DNA of 32,000 bases from an archaeon (GCA_035400625.1 DAOMZT010000002.1:30001-62000), one strand, 5' to 3'; shown: positions 24,153 to 32,000, counted from the first letter of the stretch. Numbers and translations: made by a program. Notes: generated from the letters alone by a model not told the origin.

Positions 24153-25652
24153 ATGAGTTTAAACTTTAAACAAACACCATCGCAACAAAAGCGAGACTTT
24201 AAGTATTCTGTACTGGATGGAATTTTCTGGGCAATAATGTATTATCTTACGGCAGTTTTCTTAACGCCTTATCTTTTAGAACTTGGGGCTAACAGTTTTG
24301 AGGTTGGATTATTATCTTATGCTCCATTATTAATAGCAGCAATTGTTTGCTTTTTTTCATACGATATCTTAAAACTATTTAATTCCAAAAAACAAATGGT
24401 TTTTTTCTTTGTAATGGTGCATGCGGCCTTATGGATACCAATAGGCTTTTCGCATGTTTTGTTTGATGGTAAAACACAAGTTTGGTTTGTGTTAATTATA
24501 GCAACAATAATTACAATCATTAGCCAATTTACTGGACCTGTTTATACCGACTGGATAGGAAAGTTATTTGACATAAATAAGATTGGAAACTATAATGCTC
24601 GAAAAAGTGTAATTCTACAATTGATTTCAATCATACCTTTAATTCTAGCAGGATATCTATTACAAGCAATAAACAACAAAAATAGTTTGCTTGGATTTAC
24701 AATAATCTTTATATTTGCAGGATTTTGTAGATTTATTTCTGGATTATTTATTAACACAATGAGTCAAACAGAAGACAAAGAAGAGATAATAAAAGAAACT
24801 GTACACAAAAAAAAGCCAATGTTTTCTGTATTTAAAGAAGAGATGATAAAAGACAAGACCTATCTTTACTTTATGATTGTTATTCTTATTTACTATTTTA
24901 GTATTTACATTACTATTCCATACAATAAGTTCTATTTACTTGAAATCATAAAACTAAGCTACACAAAATATCTAACTTTAGAAATAATTGCAATAATAGG
25001 CGTTGTATTAAGCCTTTTCTATTGGGGAAAAGCCTGTGATAGGTTTGGGGCAACAAGAGTACTTAAGGCAACAATGATTTTCATACCTCTTTATCCATTA
25101 GCATTAATTTCTGTTCCAAATAACCTTGCGATATTAGGATTTCTAATATTTATTGATGCCTTTATTACTGCTGGTCTTGGGTTATCAATAACAACTTATA
25201 TCTATCAAAATCTTCAAAAAAACCTAATAACCCACTATACTTTTTTTATGGTATTTCAAGCAGCTGCATTAACTGTTGGTGCCCTCTTTGGTACCTTAAT
25301 AAATAAAATTGCAACAAACTATTATGGCACAGAAGCACACGGACTTTTAATTGTTTTTGCAATTGGTGTTTTCTTTAGAATAATTACTGCGATATTTACA
25401 AGCAAAATAAAAGATAAGAGGCCATCATCAAAAAGTGAAAAAAATATAGTTATGGAAATAATTACCTTTAGACCTGTGCGTTATGGCATAATTGCATTAA
25501 CAAAAAGATTTGAAGTAAATCAAAAGAAGATTACACAAAAAGTTGGACAGACAACTGCACACCTCCAAAAAAACCTTCACAAAACTGCTAAAAAAATAGT
25601 TAAGACAACAAAAAAAGCAATAAAAGAAACAAAAAAAATATTAGAAAAATAA
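24153..25652 (+). CDS. MFS-type transporter
   Basis: About 12 hydrophobic helices split 6+6 by a charged loop (SQTEDKEEIIKETVHKKK). WGKACDRFGATRVLK resembles MFS motif A. ATG at 24153 is preferred over the TTG at 24126. Confidence 0.7.
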   Translation: MSLNFKQTPSQQKRDFKYSVLDGIFWAIMYYLTAVFLTPYLLELGANSFEVGLLSYAPLLIAAIVCFFSYDILKLFNSKKQMVFFFVMVHAALWIPIGFSHVLFDGKTQVWFVLIIATIITIISQFTGPVYTDWIGKLFDINKIGNYNARKSVILQLISIIPLILAGYLLQAINNKNSLLGFTIIFIFAGFCRFISGLFINTMSQTEDKEEIIKETVHKKKPMFSVFKEEMIKDKTYLYFMIVILIYYFSIYITIPYNKFYLLEIIKLSYTKYLTLEIIAIIGVVLSLFYWGKACDRFGATRVLKATMIFIPLYPLALISVPNNLAILGFLIFIDAFITAGLGLSITTYIYQNLQKNLITHYTFFMVFQAAALTVGALFGTLINKIATNYYGTEAHGLLIVFAIGVFFRIITAIFTSKIKDKRPSSKSEKNIVMEIITFRPVRYGIIALTKRFEVNQKKITQKVGQTTAHLQKNLHKTAKKIVKTTKKAIKETKKILEK

Positions 25653-25653
25653 A

Positions 25654-26574
25654 TCAGATCTCAAAAACAATTGGCTTTTTTATATCTCCACCAATTTTAT
25701 TAAGTAAAAGAATATTTTTTTTCTTTTTCCTTGCCATAGTAATTGCCAAATCTTGATATGTTCTGCCAATGTGAGTGATTTTGTTTTTGCCATAGTAGGC
25801 TTCTAATGTCATTGGTCTTGTTGGAGTTATTAATCCATTTCTTCTGTTTCCTCTGCCTGTTGCACCACTATCTCCCATTTCTAGAGATGTGCCTGTCTTT
25901 GTTAAAAATTGCAGTTCTTTTGTGTCTCCAATATTTATTTGTATGTTCTTTATTTTAAATTTGGCTTTTAATTTCTCTTCTAATTGTTTTTTATATTTAA
26001 AATATTCTTCTTTAGACTTAAAGTTGTTAATAAATGCTAGAGCAATATATATGTGCTTTTCTTTACCATCAAAAACAAACATTACTTTGTTATCTCTTCC
26101 TATGTTCTTGTCTGTTTTATGAAGATTATCAATATAGTTTCCAATTTCCTTTACTAATTTTTCATTTTTGCTTTCTGGAAGACCAACAGCAAAGCTTGTG
26201 TCGTTTGCCTTTTGACATGCAAAGATATCGTTAAGATCAGGACTGCCTTGATTTAAGAAATTATAAACCTCATATTTCATGCCTTTCTTTATTTCAAAAG
26301 ACAAAATGTCTTTTACGGTTTTTTCTAAAATGCCATCAATGTTTTTTAACTTAGTGTATTGCCCTGCAAAAACTATCTTTACTGGATTTGTAAATTTGTT
26401 ATTTTGGATTTCTCCTGCACAAACCATTGTTTTATCAACATTATAATGTTTTGGACTTCCATAGACCTTATTGTATTCTCTGAACAACTCTTCAGATAAC
26501 CTTTCAGAAAGATCATCTGCTATTGTGTCAGGATGACCAATTCCTTTTCTCTCAATTACTTCTATATTTTTCAT
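25654..26574 (-). CDS. mat: archaeal-type S-adenosylmethionine synthetase (methionine adenosyltransferase), compact form
   Basis: IERKGIGHPDTIADDLSE, ANDTSFAVG and TKTGTSLEMGDSGATGRGNRRNGLITPTRPMTLEAYYGKNKITHIGR closely match the archaeal MAT family (Methanocaldococcus-type) as I recall it. ATG at 26574 is preceded by GGTGA; GTG at 26583 is an alternative start. Confidence 0.85.
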   Translation of the reverse strand: MKNIEVIERKGIGHPDTIADDLSERLSEELFREYNKVYGSPKHYNVDKTMVCAGEIQNNKFTNPVKIVFAGQYTKLKNIDGILEKTVKDILSFEIKKGMKYEVYNFLNQGSPDLNDIFACQKANDTSFAVGLPESKNEKLVKEIGNYIDNLHKTDKNIGRDNKVMFVFDGKEKHIYIALAFINNFKSKEEYFKYKKQLEEKLKAKFKIKNIQINIGDTKELQFLTKTGTSLEMGDSGATGRGNRRNGLITPTRPMTLEAYYGKNKITHIGRTYQDLAITMARKKKKNILLLNKIGGDIKKPIVFEI

Positions 26575-26602
26575 AGTTCTCACCTTTTTTCTTTGTTGCT
26601 TA

Positions 26603-26680
26603 TTAGTAACTGATTAGTGCAAGCAATTTATAAATGTTTTGTGCCATTAGTTACTATTGTAAAGCTCTAAGAGTTACTAA
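26603..26680. promoter_or_regulatory. repeated TTAGTAAC/GTTACTAA motifs in the divergent MAT/RHH intergenic region (candidate operator)
   Basis: TTAGTAAC (26603-26610) and its exact reverse complement GTTACTAA (26673-26680), plus GTTACTA at 26650-26656. ATTAGT occurs three times. A TATA-like ATTTATAAATG sits at about 26627-26637. Confidence 0.35.
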
Positions 26681-26699
26681 AAAATAAAATGGTGAAAAA

Positions 26700-26864
26700 A
26701 TGGTTTCTGAATACAGGGTTAGCCCATATTTTTCTAAAGAGCAAATAAAGTTGATTGATGATCTTGTAAATAAAATAGGGTGTTCAAGAGCAGATGTTGT
26801 TAAACAGCTTGTCCTTATAAAACTCACAGAAATGGGGTATTTTAATAAAGAAAAAATAAAATAG
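26700..26864 (+). CDS. small ribbon-helix-helix (CopG/MetJ/Arc-like) DNA-binding protein, 54 aa (not in the ORF track)
   Basis: ATG 26700 to TAG 26864: MVSEYRVSPYFSKEQIKLIDDLVNKIGCSRADVVKQLVLIKLTEMGYFNKEKIK. This shows a beta-strand, helix, G-x-S/T-R, helix pattern typical of RHH. Confidence 0.5.
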   Translation: MVSEYRVSPYFSKEQIKLIDDLVNKIGCSRADVVKQLVLIKLTEMGYFNKEKIK

Positions 26865-26921
26865 CTATATAAACATATTCAAACAAAATATATAGAGTGA
26901 TTTGAAAATAGGAAGAAGAAT

Positions 26922-27809
26922 ATGAATAATTCAAAGATACAAAAAATACGAAAAAAATGGTTCCACAAATCAGAACATGCAATAAACAAATTAATAATTT
27001 ATTTAGGTATGTTCTTATTAACTATTACTGCAATAGTTATGGCACATGATAAAGGATGGATTTCTATAAATTTAGGAGTAATCGCCGCCTTAAAAACAGC
27101 ATCTATTATACTTTGGACTTATTTTATAGCGACCATTTTTATTAGATTAACTCAAACACAAGTATTCAAGATTTTTGATGAAAGTGTTGAACCTGAACAA
27201 AAATTGTTATTAAGTAAATTTTATATTTCATTTATTTATCTTTTATCAACCGCCTTTGTGCTTTGGAAAATGGGTGTTACTCAAGAAAATATCGCTTTAG
27301 TTTTAGGATTTTTAGCAACAGGTATTGCATTTGCTGTCAGAGATGTTATTCAATCTTTTTTTGTTTGGTATGTGCTCCTTACAAAAAAACTATTTAGGAT
27401 TGGAGACTATATAAAAATAGATGATGAAGAAGGCATTGTTAGGCATATTGGAACTTTCTTTGTTTTTATTGAACGTATTAATACTGATTTAAAAGGTGTA
27501 GTAAAAATACCAAATAAAATTTTCTTAGAAAAAAAAGTAATAACATATAGTGGGGGCGTCAATGTTCCTGTGATAATAAAAGCGCCAATCAATTCTGTGG
27601 ATCTTAAAGATGTTGATGGGAAAATAAAGGAAATAAAGAATAATTTATTAAAGAAATACCCTGATTATAAAATTGACCCTAAGCTTATTTCAAGCAAAGA
27701 ATTTATTTACCTACATTATGACTTTACTGTGCCAAAGTCGCAAAATCTTGCAGAAATAAAACATAACTGTTTTGAAGAAACATATAAGTATTTCAAGGGG
27801 ATAAAATAA
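26922..27809 (+). CDS. small-conductance mechanosensitive channel (MscS family)
   Basis: Three to four N-terminal TM helices, then GIAFAVRDVIQSFFVWYVLLTKKLFRIGDYIKIDDEEGIVRHIG, the MscS pore-helix and beta-domain signature. Confidence 0.8.
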   Translation: MNNSKIQKIRKKWFHKSEHAINKLIIYLGMFLLTITAIVMAHDKGWISINLGVIAALKTASIILWTYFIATIFIRLTQTQVFKIFDESVEPEQKLLLSKFYISFIYLLSTAFVLWKMGVTQENIALVLGFLATGIAFAVRDVIQSFFVWYVLLTKKLFRIGDYIKIDDEEGIVRHIGTFFVFIERINTDLKGVVKIPNKIFLEKKVITYSGGVNVPVIIKAPINSVDLKDVDGKIKEIKNNLLKKYPDYKIDPKLISSKEFIYLHYDFTVPKSQNLAEIKHNCFEETYKYFKGIK

Positions 27810-27900
27810 ATCAAAAATATAAAACATTTTATTTCTCGGTAGTTCTTACATATAGTTGGACAAAACACTATTTTTAAACTTTCTGCATCTTGAGATTATT

Positions 27901-28458
27901 ATGTCAAAATATCCTTTTCTTGCAAGTCCGATTGAAACAGAAAGATTAATACTTGTAAAGCCAGAGATGAAATACACTGGTCGCATGCTAGAAATTTGGA
28001 AAAACCCCAAAATGACTAAATTAAATTCTGTAAATCAAATAACACTTACAGAAGCCAAAAATAATATGAAAAAAAGAATAAAAAACCAAGGAGATACCCA
28101 AATTTCTTTCTATGCTCTTTTGAAAGAAAATAAATATCTGATTGGATCAGCAGGTCTAAATATCTCAGAACACAACAACTCTGCAGAACTTGGCTACGGA
28201 ATTGATGCCAAATACTGGAAAAATGGCTATTGCACAGAGCTTGTAAAAGCAGTGCTTAATTTTGCATTTACAAAAACTAACCTACATAGAATATGGGCTA
28301 CACCTGCTGTTAAAAACAAAGCATCTTGTAAAATCCTTGAAAATTGTGGATTTAAAAGAGAAGCCATACTTAAGGATTCAGCATATTATTTTGGGAAATA
28401 TTATGATGAAGCATACTATACCCTTTTTAGAAAAGACTATCTTAAGAAAAAGAATTAA
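27901..28458 (+). CDS. GNAT N-acetyltransferase (RimJ/RimL-like)
   Basis: ETERLILVKP, LGYGIDAKYWKNGYCTELVKAVLNFAF and LHRIWATPAVKNKASCKILENCGFKREAILKD. ATG at 27901 is preferred over the TTG at 27856. Confidence 0.8.
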   Translation: MSKYPFLASPIETERLILVKPEMKYTGRMLEIWKNPKMTKLNSVNQITLTEAKNNMKKRIKNQGDTQISFYALLKENKYLIGSAGLNISEHNNSAELGYGIDAKYWKNGYCTELVKAVLNFAFTKTNLHRIWATPAVKNKASCKILENCGFKREAILKDSAYYFGKYYDEAYYTLFRKDYLKKKN

Positions 28459-28460
28459 CT

Positions 28461-29243
28461 TCATCTTTTGTTTGTATATTCAATTGCTTTTCTTACAAGC
28501 TTGTTTGTCATAACCTTTGAAAGCTCAAGATAAAACATATATTCCCCTATTGTTGTAGGAGTGGTTTCTAAAGTATATTCAATTGGCCTTAGTTTTGAAA
28601 TTTTATAAAATAAAGCAATCTTTTCTTTTAGTTTGGGGTCTCTTTTATCAAAGAAAGAAGTTCTACTAAGTTCCTCTAAGGAAAAAGGAGATTTCTCGTT
28701 TTTTAAATTTCTTTTAATTTTATTAACGATATCAATATATTCTTTTTTCGTTAAAGATACATCGAATAACTTGACATCAGCAAAAAATCGATTTTTATCT
28801 AAATTGCTTTCTTTAAATGTTTTCCTTTTTCTTCCGTGAACATTCCCTTCTTCGTAAACCTCTCTATGTTGATTAAATTCTTGATTAAATCTTGTATCTT
28901 TAGATGTTATCCCTGCTCTTGTTCTAAAAACTTGAATAATTGGAAGATTATTTGGGTTTTCTTTCTCTGGGTTATTTAATCTTATTTGTAATCCATTTCT
29001 TATAGACCTAAAAATTGCTGCATGAACTGTAGAATGCGTTCTTTCAATCCATTCTTTTGATGTCATTTTGTATTTTGGTTGAATAAGATATGCAGGGATA
29101 TCTATGTTTTCAACAAAAGCAGGTTTGTTTGTCTTAAATCTGTTCTTTTTAACATCTCCTCTTAAACGAAACTGTGTGCCTATTTTTCTAGCCACGTCTT
29201 GTCTAAAAGAGGTTACTTGTCTTCTCATTCTCATTGGTCTCAT
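28461..29243 (-). CDS. orphan basic protein with Arg-rich N-terminal arm, unknown function
   Basis: 260-aa ORF starting MRPMRMRRQVTSFRQDVARKIGTQFRLRGDVKKNRFK. I recognise no family motif. Confidence 0.4.
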   Translation of the reverse strand: MRPMRMRRQVTSFRQDVARKIGTQFRLRGDVKKNRFKTNKPAFVENIDIPAYLIQPKYKMTSKEWIERTHSTVHAAIFRSIRNGLQIRLNNPEKENPNNLPIIQVFRTRAGITSKDTRFNQEFNQHREVYEEGNVHGRKRKTFKESNLDKNRFFADVKLFDVSLTKKEYIDIVNKIKRNLKNEKSPFSLEELSRTSFFDKRDPKLKEKIALFYKISKLRPIEYTLETTPTTIGEYMFYLELSKVMTNKLVRKAIEYTNKR

Positions 29244-29434
29244 ATTTTTTCTGAATTTTTAGGTTATATTTATAATAATGTATTTTACCATTATTTATAT
29301 AAATGTTTTTTTATAGTTATATAAATTATTAACACAAATAGTTGGACATAATGCAAAGCATCTTTTTAAAAAGATATCGCAGATAATGTATTTTATATAT
29401 TATATTATTTGTTATAATTATAAGGAGGGATTAA

Positions 29435-29797
29435 ATGAAGAAAAAGAATGCTACCAGTACTAGAACAAAAAGCACTAGATCAAAAAGATATTCTGAAAAG
29501 TTATATGTTATTGCAATAGCCGCTTTAATTATTGGTGTGCTAATAGGTGCAGTTATTAGCAATTTAAAAACCTTAGGAAAATCCACAGCTACTTTAACTG
29601 ATTCATCTCCAATTTCAGAATGTTGTTACGGATTAAATTCTAATGGATCAACTTACACATACGGCATCTCTTCTGCTTGTTGTATTTTAATGGATGAAAA
29701 ATACACAGGATATATAACAAATAAATGTACAGAAGATGCATATAATCAAGAAGAATGTAATGCTGATTTTAAAAGAATAATGTCAGAAACTAACTAA
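29435..29797 (+). CDS. small membrane-anchored Cys-rich protein (CCY motif), paralogue A
   Basis: AAGGAGGG lies 6 nt upstream. Basic N-terminus, helix LYVIAIAALIIGVLIGAVI, then SECCYGLN...SSACCIL...KC...EEC (6 Cys). Confidence 0.6.
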   Translation: MKKKNATSTRTKSTRSKRYSEKLYVIAIAALIIGVLIGAVISNLKTLGKSTATLTDSSPISECCYGLNSNGSTYTYGISSACCILMDEKYTGYITNKCTEDAYNQEECNADFKRIMSETN

Positions 29798-29911
29798 ATA
29801 GCTTTTAGCTATTTCTTTTTTTATTTTTTAAAGAAAACACATAATTATCTCATTTTCTCTATTTTTTGTGCAAATCCAACTTATTTTATTTCATATTTCG
29901 CACTGGACACC

Positions 29912-29934
29912 TACCCCCCCGAAAATACCCCCCG
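29912..29934. repeat. tandem poly-C direct repeat TAC7G-AAAA-TAC6G
   Basis: TACCCCCCCG at 29912-29921 and TACCCCCCG at 29926-29934. These are the only long C/G homopolymers I see in this AT-rich window. Confidence 0.8.
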
Positions 29935-30294
29935 TTTTAAGGAGCATATATATCTGGTGATGTAATATGTTTAGGAATAGAAATAGATACAAGGACAACA
30001 TCTGCGTTATGTATAAATCTGTTGATGATCTTATACAAAGAAATAGAAGTTTGATAGGAAGAACTAAAATTTCCAATTACGCAGACACAAAAAGGAGATA
30101 CTTTACTAGATATTGATTTTTTGCCAAAGCGCACTTCTACATAACATTTTCTTTCCCCTTAAAAGAAATCTGAAGATAGAAGAAAACCTTTGCCAAATGA
30201 TCTACCCCTAAATGTAAAGAAAAGTCTAAAGAAAAAAAGGAGGCGATAACAAAACATCAAAAAGCGATAAAAAACACAAAAAATAGAAAATTTC

Positions 30295-30337
30295 TGGTTT
30301 TTGGCAAGTTTTAACTAGCCAAAACACCCAAAAACCA
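30295..30337. repeat. nested inverted repeat in non-coding DNA
   Basis: TGGTTTTTGG (30295-30304) pairs with CCAAAAACCA (30328-30337). The inner TTGGC (30301-30305) pairs with GCCAA (30318-30322). Confidence 0.7.
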
Positions 30338-30461
30338 AATAAAATAACGGAAAAAAGCACTTTTCTCTAACTATCGGTCGGCTTAATAGCTCTTATACGG
30401 AAGATAAGAAAGTTATTAACAAGGAACGCGCCTTTATGTATAAGGTTTTCTTTTATGATAT

Positions 30462-31082
30462 TTACCTTTGCCTATTAAAATAAATATCTAATATATTTTT
30501 ATTTAGTTGCTCTATAAATTGGCCCCCATTAGAATACCCGTAATTTACACGTACTAATTTTCCATTTCTATAATATAAAATAGCAGGAATGCCTTTTAAT
30601 GAATTTGGCAAGTCTCTTTTCATAAGATTATATTCGATAAATTCATTAAAATTCGCCTCCCCAAAATATAGATTGTATGTATGCGTATTTTTAATTTTTT
30701 GATTTTTAATAAGGTCTAGCCAATTATTAATTGTTTTCTTTGACTGTAAACAAGGAGCACACACTTCTGAACCCACAACAATAATTGAATTAGGATAATC
30801 AGTTAAAAATTGGTTTATGTGATCAGATAAAAGCAATTTGTTAATTTTTAGTTTTTTAATATTTTTTTTATTATATTTTTTATCAACTAATTGCACACGT
30901 TCTATTTTTGGTTTGGTTTTAGTAATGCGTGCATTAACTTTGCGTTCTGCTTTTGCTTGTAATCCTGAAAATGCAAGGGTTCCACCCAAAACTAAAAGAC
31001 CTGCTTTTTTTGCTATACTTGTTTTTGCTACTCTTGCTTTTTTTGCAACATTAATATTTATTCTGGCCTTCATAACACTCAC
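30462..31082 (-). CDS. membrane-anchored/exported thioredoxin (CAPC active site)
   Basis: N-terminal basic region and helix GLLVLGGTLAFSGL, then IIVVGSEVCAPCLQ (CXXC) and the cis-Pro loop LKGIPAILYYRNGKLV typical of thioredoxin. Confidence 0.75.
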   Translation of the reverse strand: MSVMKARININVAKKARVAKTSIAKKAGLLVLGGTLAFSGLQAKAERKVNARITKTKPKIERVQLVDKKYNKKNIKKLKINKLLLSDHINQFLTDYPNSIIVVGSEVCAPCLQSKKTINNWLDLIKNQKIKNTHTYNLYFGEANFNEFIEYNLMKRDLPNSLKGIPAILYYRNGKLVRVNYGYSNGGQFIEQLNKNILDIYFNRQR

Positions 31083-31118
31083 AAATTAAATAAAATAATA
31101 ATTTAAATAGGCCTATTT

Positions 31119-31152
31119 TTAAAAAAATAAAAAGCGCCTATTTTCAGGCACT
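31119..31152 (-). terminator. hairpin plus T-run downstream of the Cys-rich paralogue B gene
   Basis: The minus-strand RNA reads AGUGCCU-GAAAAU-AGGCGCU (7-bp stem with one G-U pair) followed by UUUUUAUUUUUUU. A perfect 14-nt palindrome AAATAGGCCTATTT lies at 31105-31118. Confidence 0.5.
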
Positions 31153-31183
31153 ATTTTTAGAAATAATTAAATATCAAAGCAAC

Positions 31184-31543
31184 CTATTTTTCTGCAGAAC
31201 ACTTTGGACCTGCACACTCCCAATATTCATAAGGGTCACCGTCTGGATCTACTCCTGATGCGTGATTGCTTGTTTTTACCCCAAAATAACAACAATCGTC
31301 TAGTTGTGGCATCACACCACTTTCGTTGACAACTTTTTCTTTTATTACATGTATTGTTGATTCCCCAAATTCATTTGTCACTTTGAATATTTTTGTTTTT
31401 GTAACTGCCTTATCATTTATTGAAGATAGTGCTCTTTTTGCATTTCCTGAAGTCATTGGGCTAACTAAGAAAGTGCCTATTAACACACCAACCACTAAAG
31501 CCACAAGACCCCAAATAATTAATTTTGTTTGATCTTTTTTCAT
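31184..31543 (-). CDS. small membrane-anchored Cys-rich protein (CCY motif), paralogue B
   Basis: AAGGAGAG lies upstream. Helix LIIWGLVALVVGVLIGTFLV, then DDCCYFGV...WECAGPKC. The TM-coding DNA is about 85% identical to paralogue A (TTGGTGTG-TAATAGG). Confidence 0.6.
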   Translation of the reverse strand: MKKDQTKLIIWGLVALVVGVLIGTFLVSPMTSGNAKRALSSINDKAVTKTKIFKVTNEFGESTIHVIKEKVVNESGVMPQLDDCCYFGVKTSNHASGVDPDGDPYEYWECAGPKCSAEK

Positions 31544-31737
31544 GTTTTCATCTCTCCTTTATATGTAAACTTTTTTAAGTTAAACAAATATTTCTATTAA
31601 AAAAAGAAGAAGGAAATGTTTATAAATATACATTACATAAAACAAAAAACACCTGTCCAAGTATTTGTGCTAAAATCTTTTTTCAATATCATAATTGGCA
31701 AGAACACACATTGACAAAACACAATTACAGATGTTTG

Positions 31738-31986
31738 TTACTTGCCAGTATATTTGCGTTTAACCTTTAAACCAGCCAAAGGTCTAAGATTAAATGAATA
31801 AACAACAAATAAGTTATTTTCCTTCATTATTTCTACAAGCAATGCCTCATTATAAGCTATTTTTTTGTTTATCATCAAAGAAATAGCCCCCACTATTGCA
31901 TTAGTTGAAGGCACAAGTATTTTGTACACTAATTGAATATCTTCCACTAGGCATTTTAACTCATTAGCTGGTTTTTTCTTAGCCAT
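31738..31986 (-). CDS. hypothetical 82-aa protein
   Basis: ATG-initiated ORF with no recognisable motif; the only ORF in this interval. Confidence 0.3.
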   Translation of the reverse strand: MAKKKPANELKCLVEDIQLVYKILVPSTNAIVGAISLMINKKIAYNEALLVEIMKENNLFVVYSFNLRPLAGLKVKRKYTGK

Positions 31987-32000
31987 GTGTGAAATAAAGG

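Noticed and set aside
29891-30134. Short ORFs in the long non-coding gap: two overlapping minus-strand ORFs (61 and 65 aa) and a 49-aa basic plus-strand ORF (29967-30116, MFRNRNRYKD...).
   Set aside because: They are mutually overlapping in different frames or strands and have no recognisable motifs. The composition is atypical of the neighbouring genes, and none can be preferred over the others. They may be remnants of a decayed gene.
29900-30450. GC-richer patches that could be a tRNA or other structured RNA gene.
   Set aside because: I could not find a T-arm (GTTCRAnnC with flanking complementary stems), a D-arm or an acceptor stem on either strand. No SRP or RNase P-like conserved motifs were recognised. 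This needs an Infernal/tRNAscan run for a definitive answer.
593-31532. Many 60-133 aa ORFs in the track overlap longer genes on the opposite strand. Examples are 593-844, 896-1093, 2377-2604, 3626-3859, 5714-5944, 7259-7747, 8783-9184, 10282-10518, 13471-13872, 14832-15221, 16472-16660, 22810-23079, 25889-26234, 28633-28839, 30838-31089 and 31326-31532.
   Set aside because: They are shadow ORFs of AT-rich coding DNA. They have low-complexity F/L/S/I-rich translations and no start context, and each is fully embedded in a longer ORF with recognisable motifs or coherent TM or pilin architecture.
1-32000. CRISPR arrays, transposases or integrases, reverse transcriptase/DGR template-variable repeat pairs, toxin-antitoxin pairs and known defence genes.
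   Set aside because: There are no regularly spaced direct repeats. No ORF has DDE/HUH/tyrosine-recombinase or RT (YxDD) motifs. No Walker-A ATPases or nuclease families typical of defence systems were seen. The RHH gene at 26700-26864 has no adjacent toxin-sized partner.
1-32000. Possible alternative genetic code (stop-codon reassignment), as seen in some candidate-phyla organisms.
   Set aside because: Long uninterrupted ORFs with recognisable full-length homologues (LysRS, FAD protein, DHH, MscS) are obtained with the standard code. No in-frame stops need to be read through.

Overview
The window is AT-rich (roughly 30% GC by eye) and very gene-dense, with many 0-4 nt gene junctions. All family calls below come from motif recognition by eye; no database search was run.

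It most likely comes from a small-genome archaeon, possibly DPANN-like. The evidence is an archaeal-type SAM synthetase, six proteins with archaeal class III (type IV pilin-like) signal peptides, a FlaJ/TadC-like platform protein, TATA-like AT boxes and several AAGGAG-led genes.

Housekeeping genes:
- ODC-like decarboxylase (cut by the left edge)
- class II LysRS
- single-cluster ferredoxin and an Endo IV-like TIM barrel
- CofE-like protein
- COG2509-like FAD protein
- DHH/DHHA1 phosphoesterase
- ArsR-type regulator and an MFS transporter
- MscS channel
- GNAT acetyltransferase

Three regions stand out:
1. 10272-18023, minus strand: a tight ten-gene type IV filament-like operon. It encodes a platform protein, six class III signal-peptide proteins and a three-member pilin paralogue family, one member of which is fused to a polytopic membrane domain. 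No secretion ATPase or prepilin peptidase is present anywhere in the window.
2. 3553-9393: a 1763-aa orphan surface protein with a signal peptide and a C-terminal anchor, apparently co-transcribed with a 5-TM protein. It lies about 0.9 kb from the end of the pilus operon.
3. 28461-32000: an accessory-looking island. It holds two paralogous CCY-motif Cys-rich anchored proteins in inverted orientation, an exported thioredoxin, a 664-nt non-coding gap with unusual poly-C and inverted repeats, and orphan genes.

No rRNA, tRNA, CRISPR array, transposase, integrase or reverse transcriptase was recognised.
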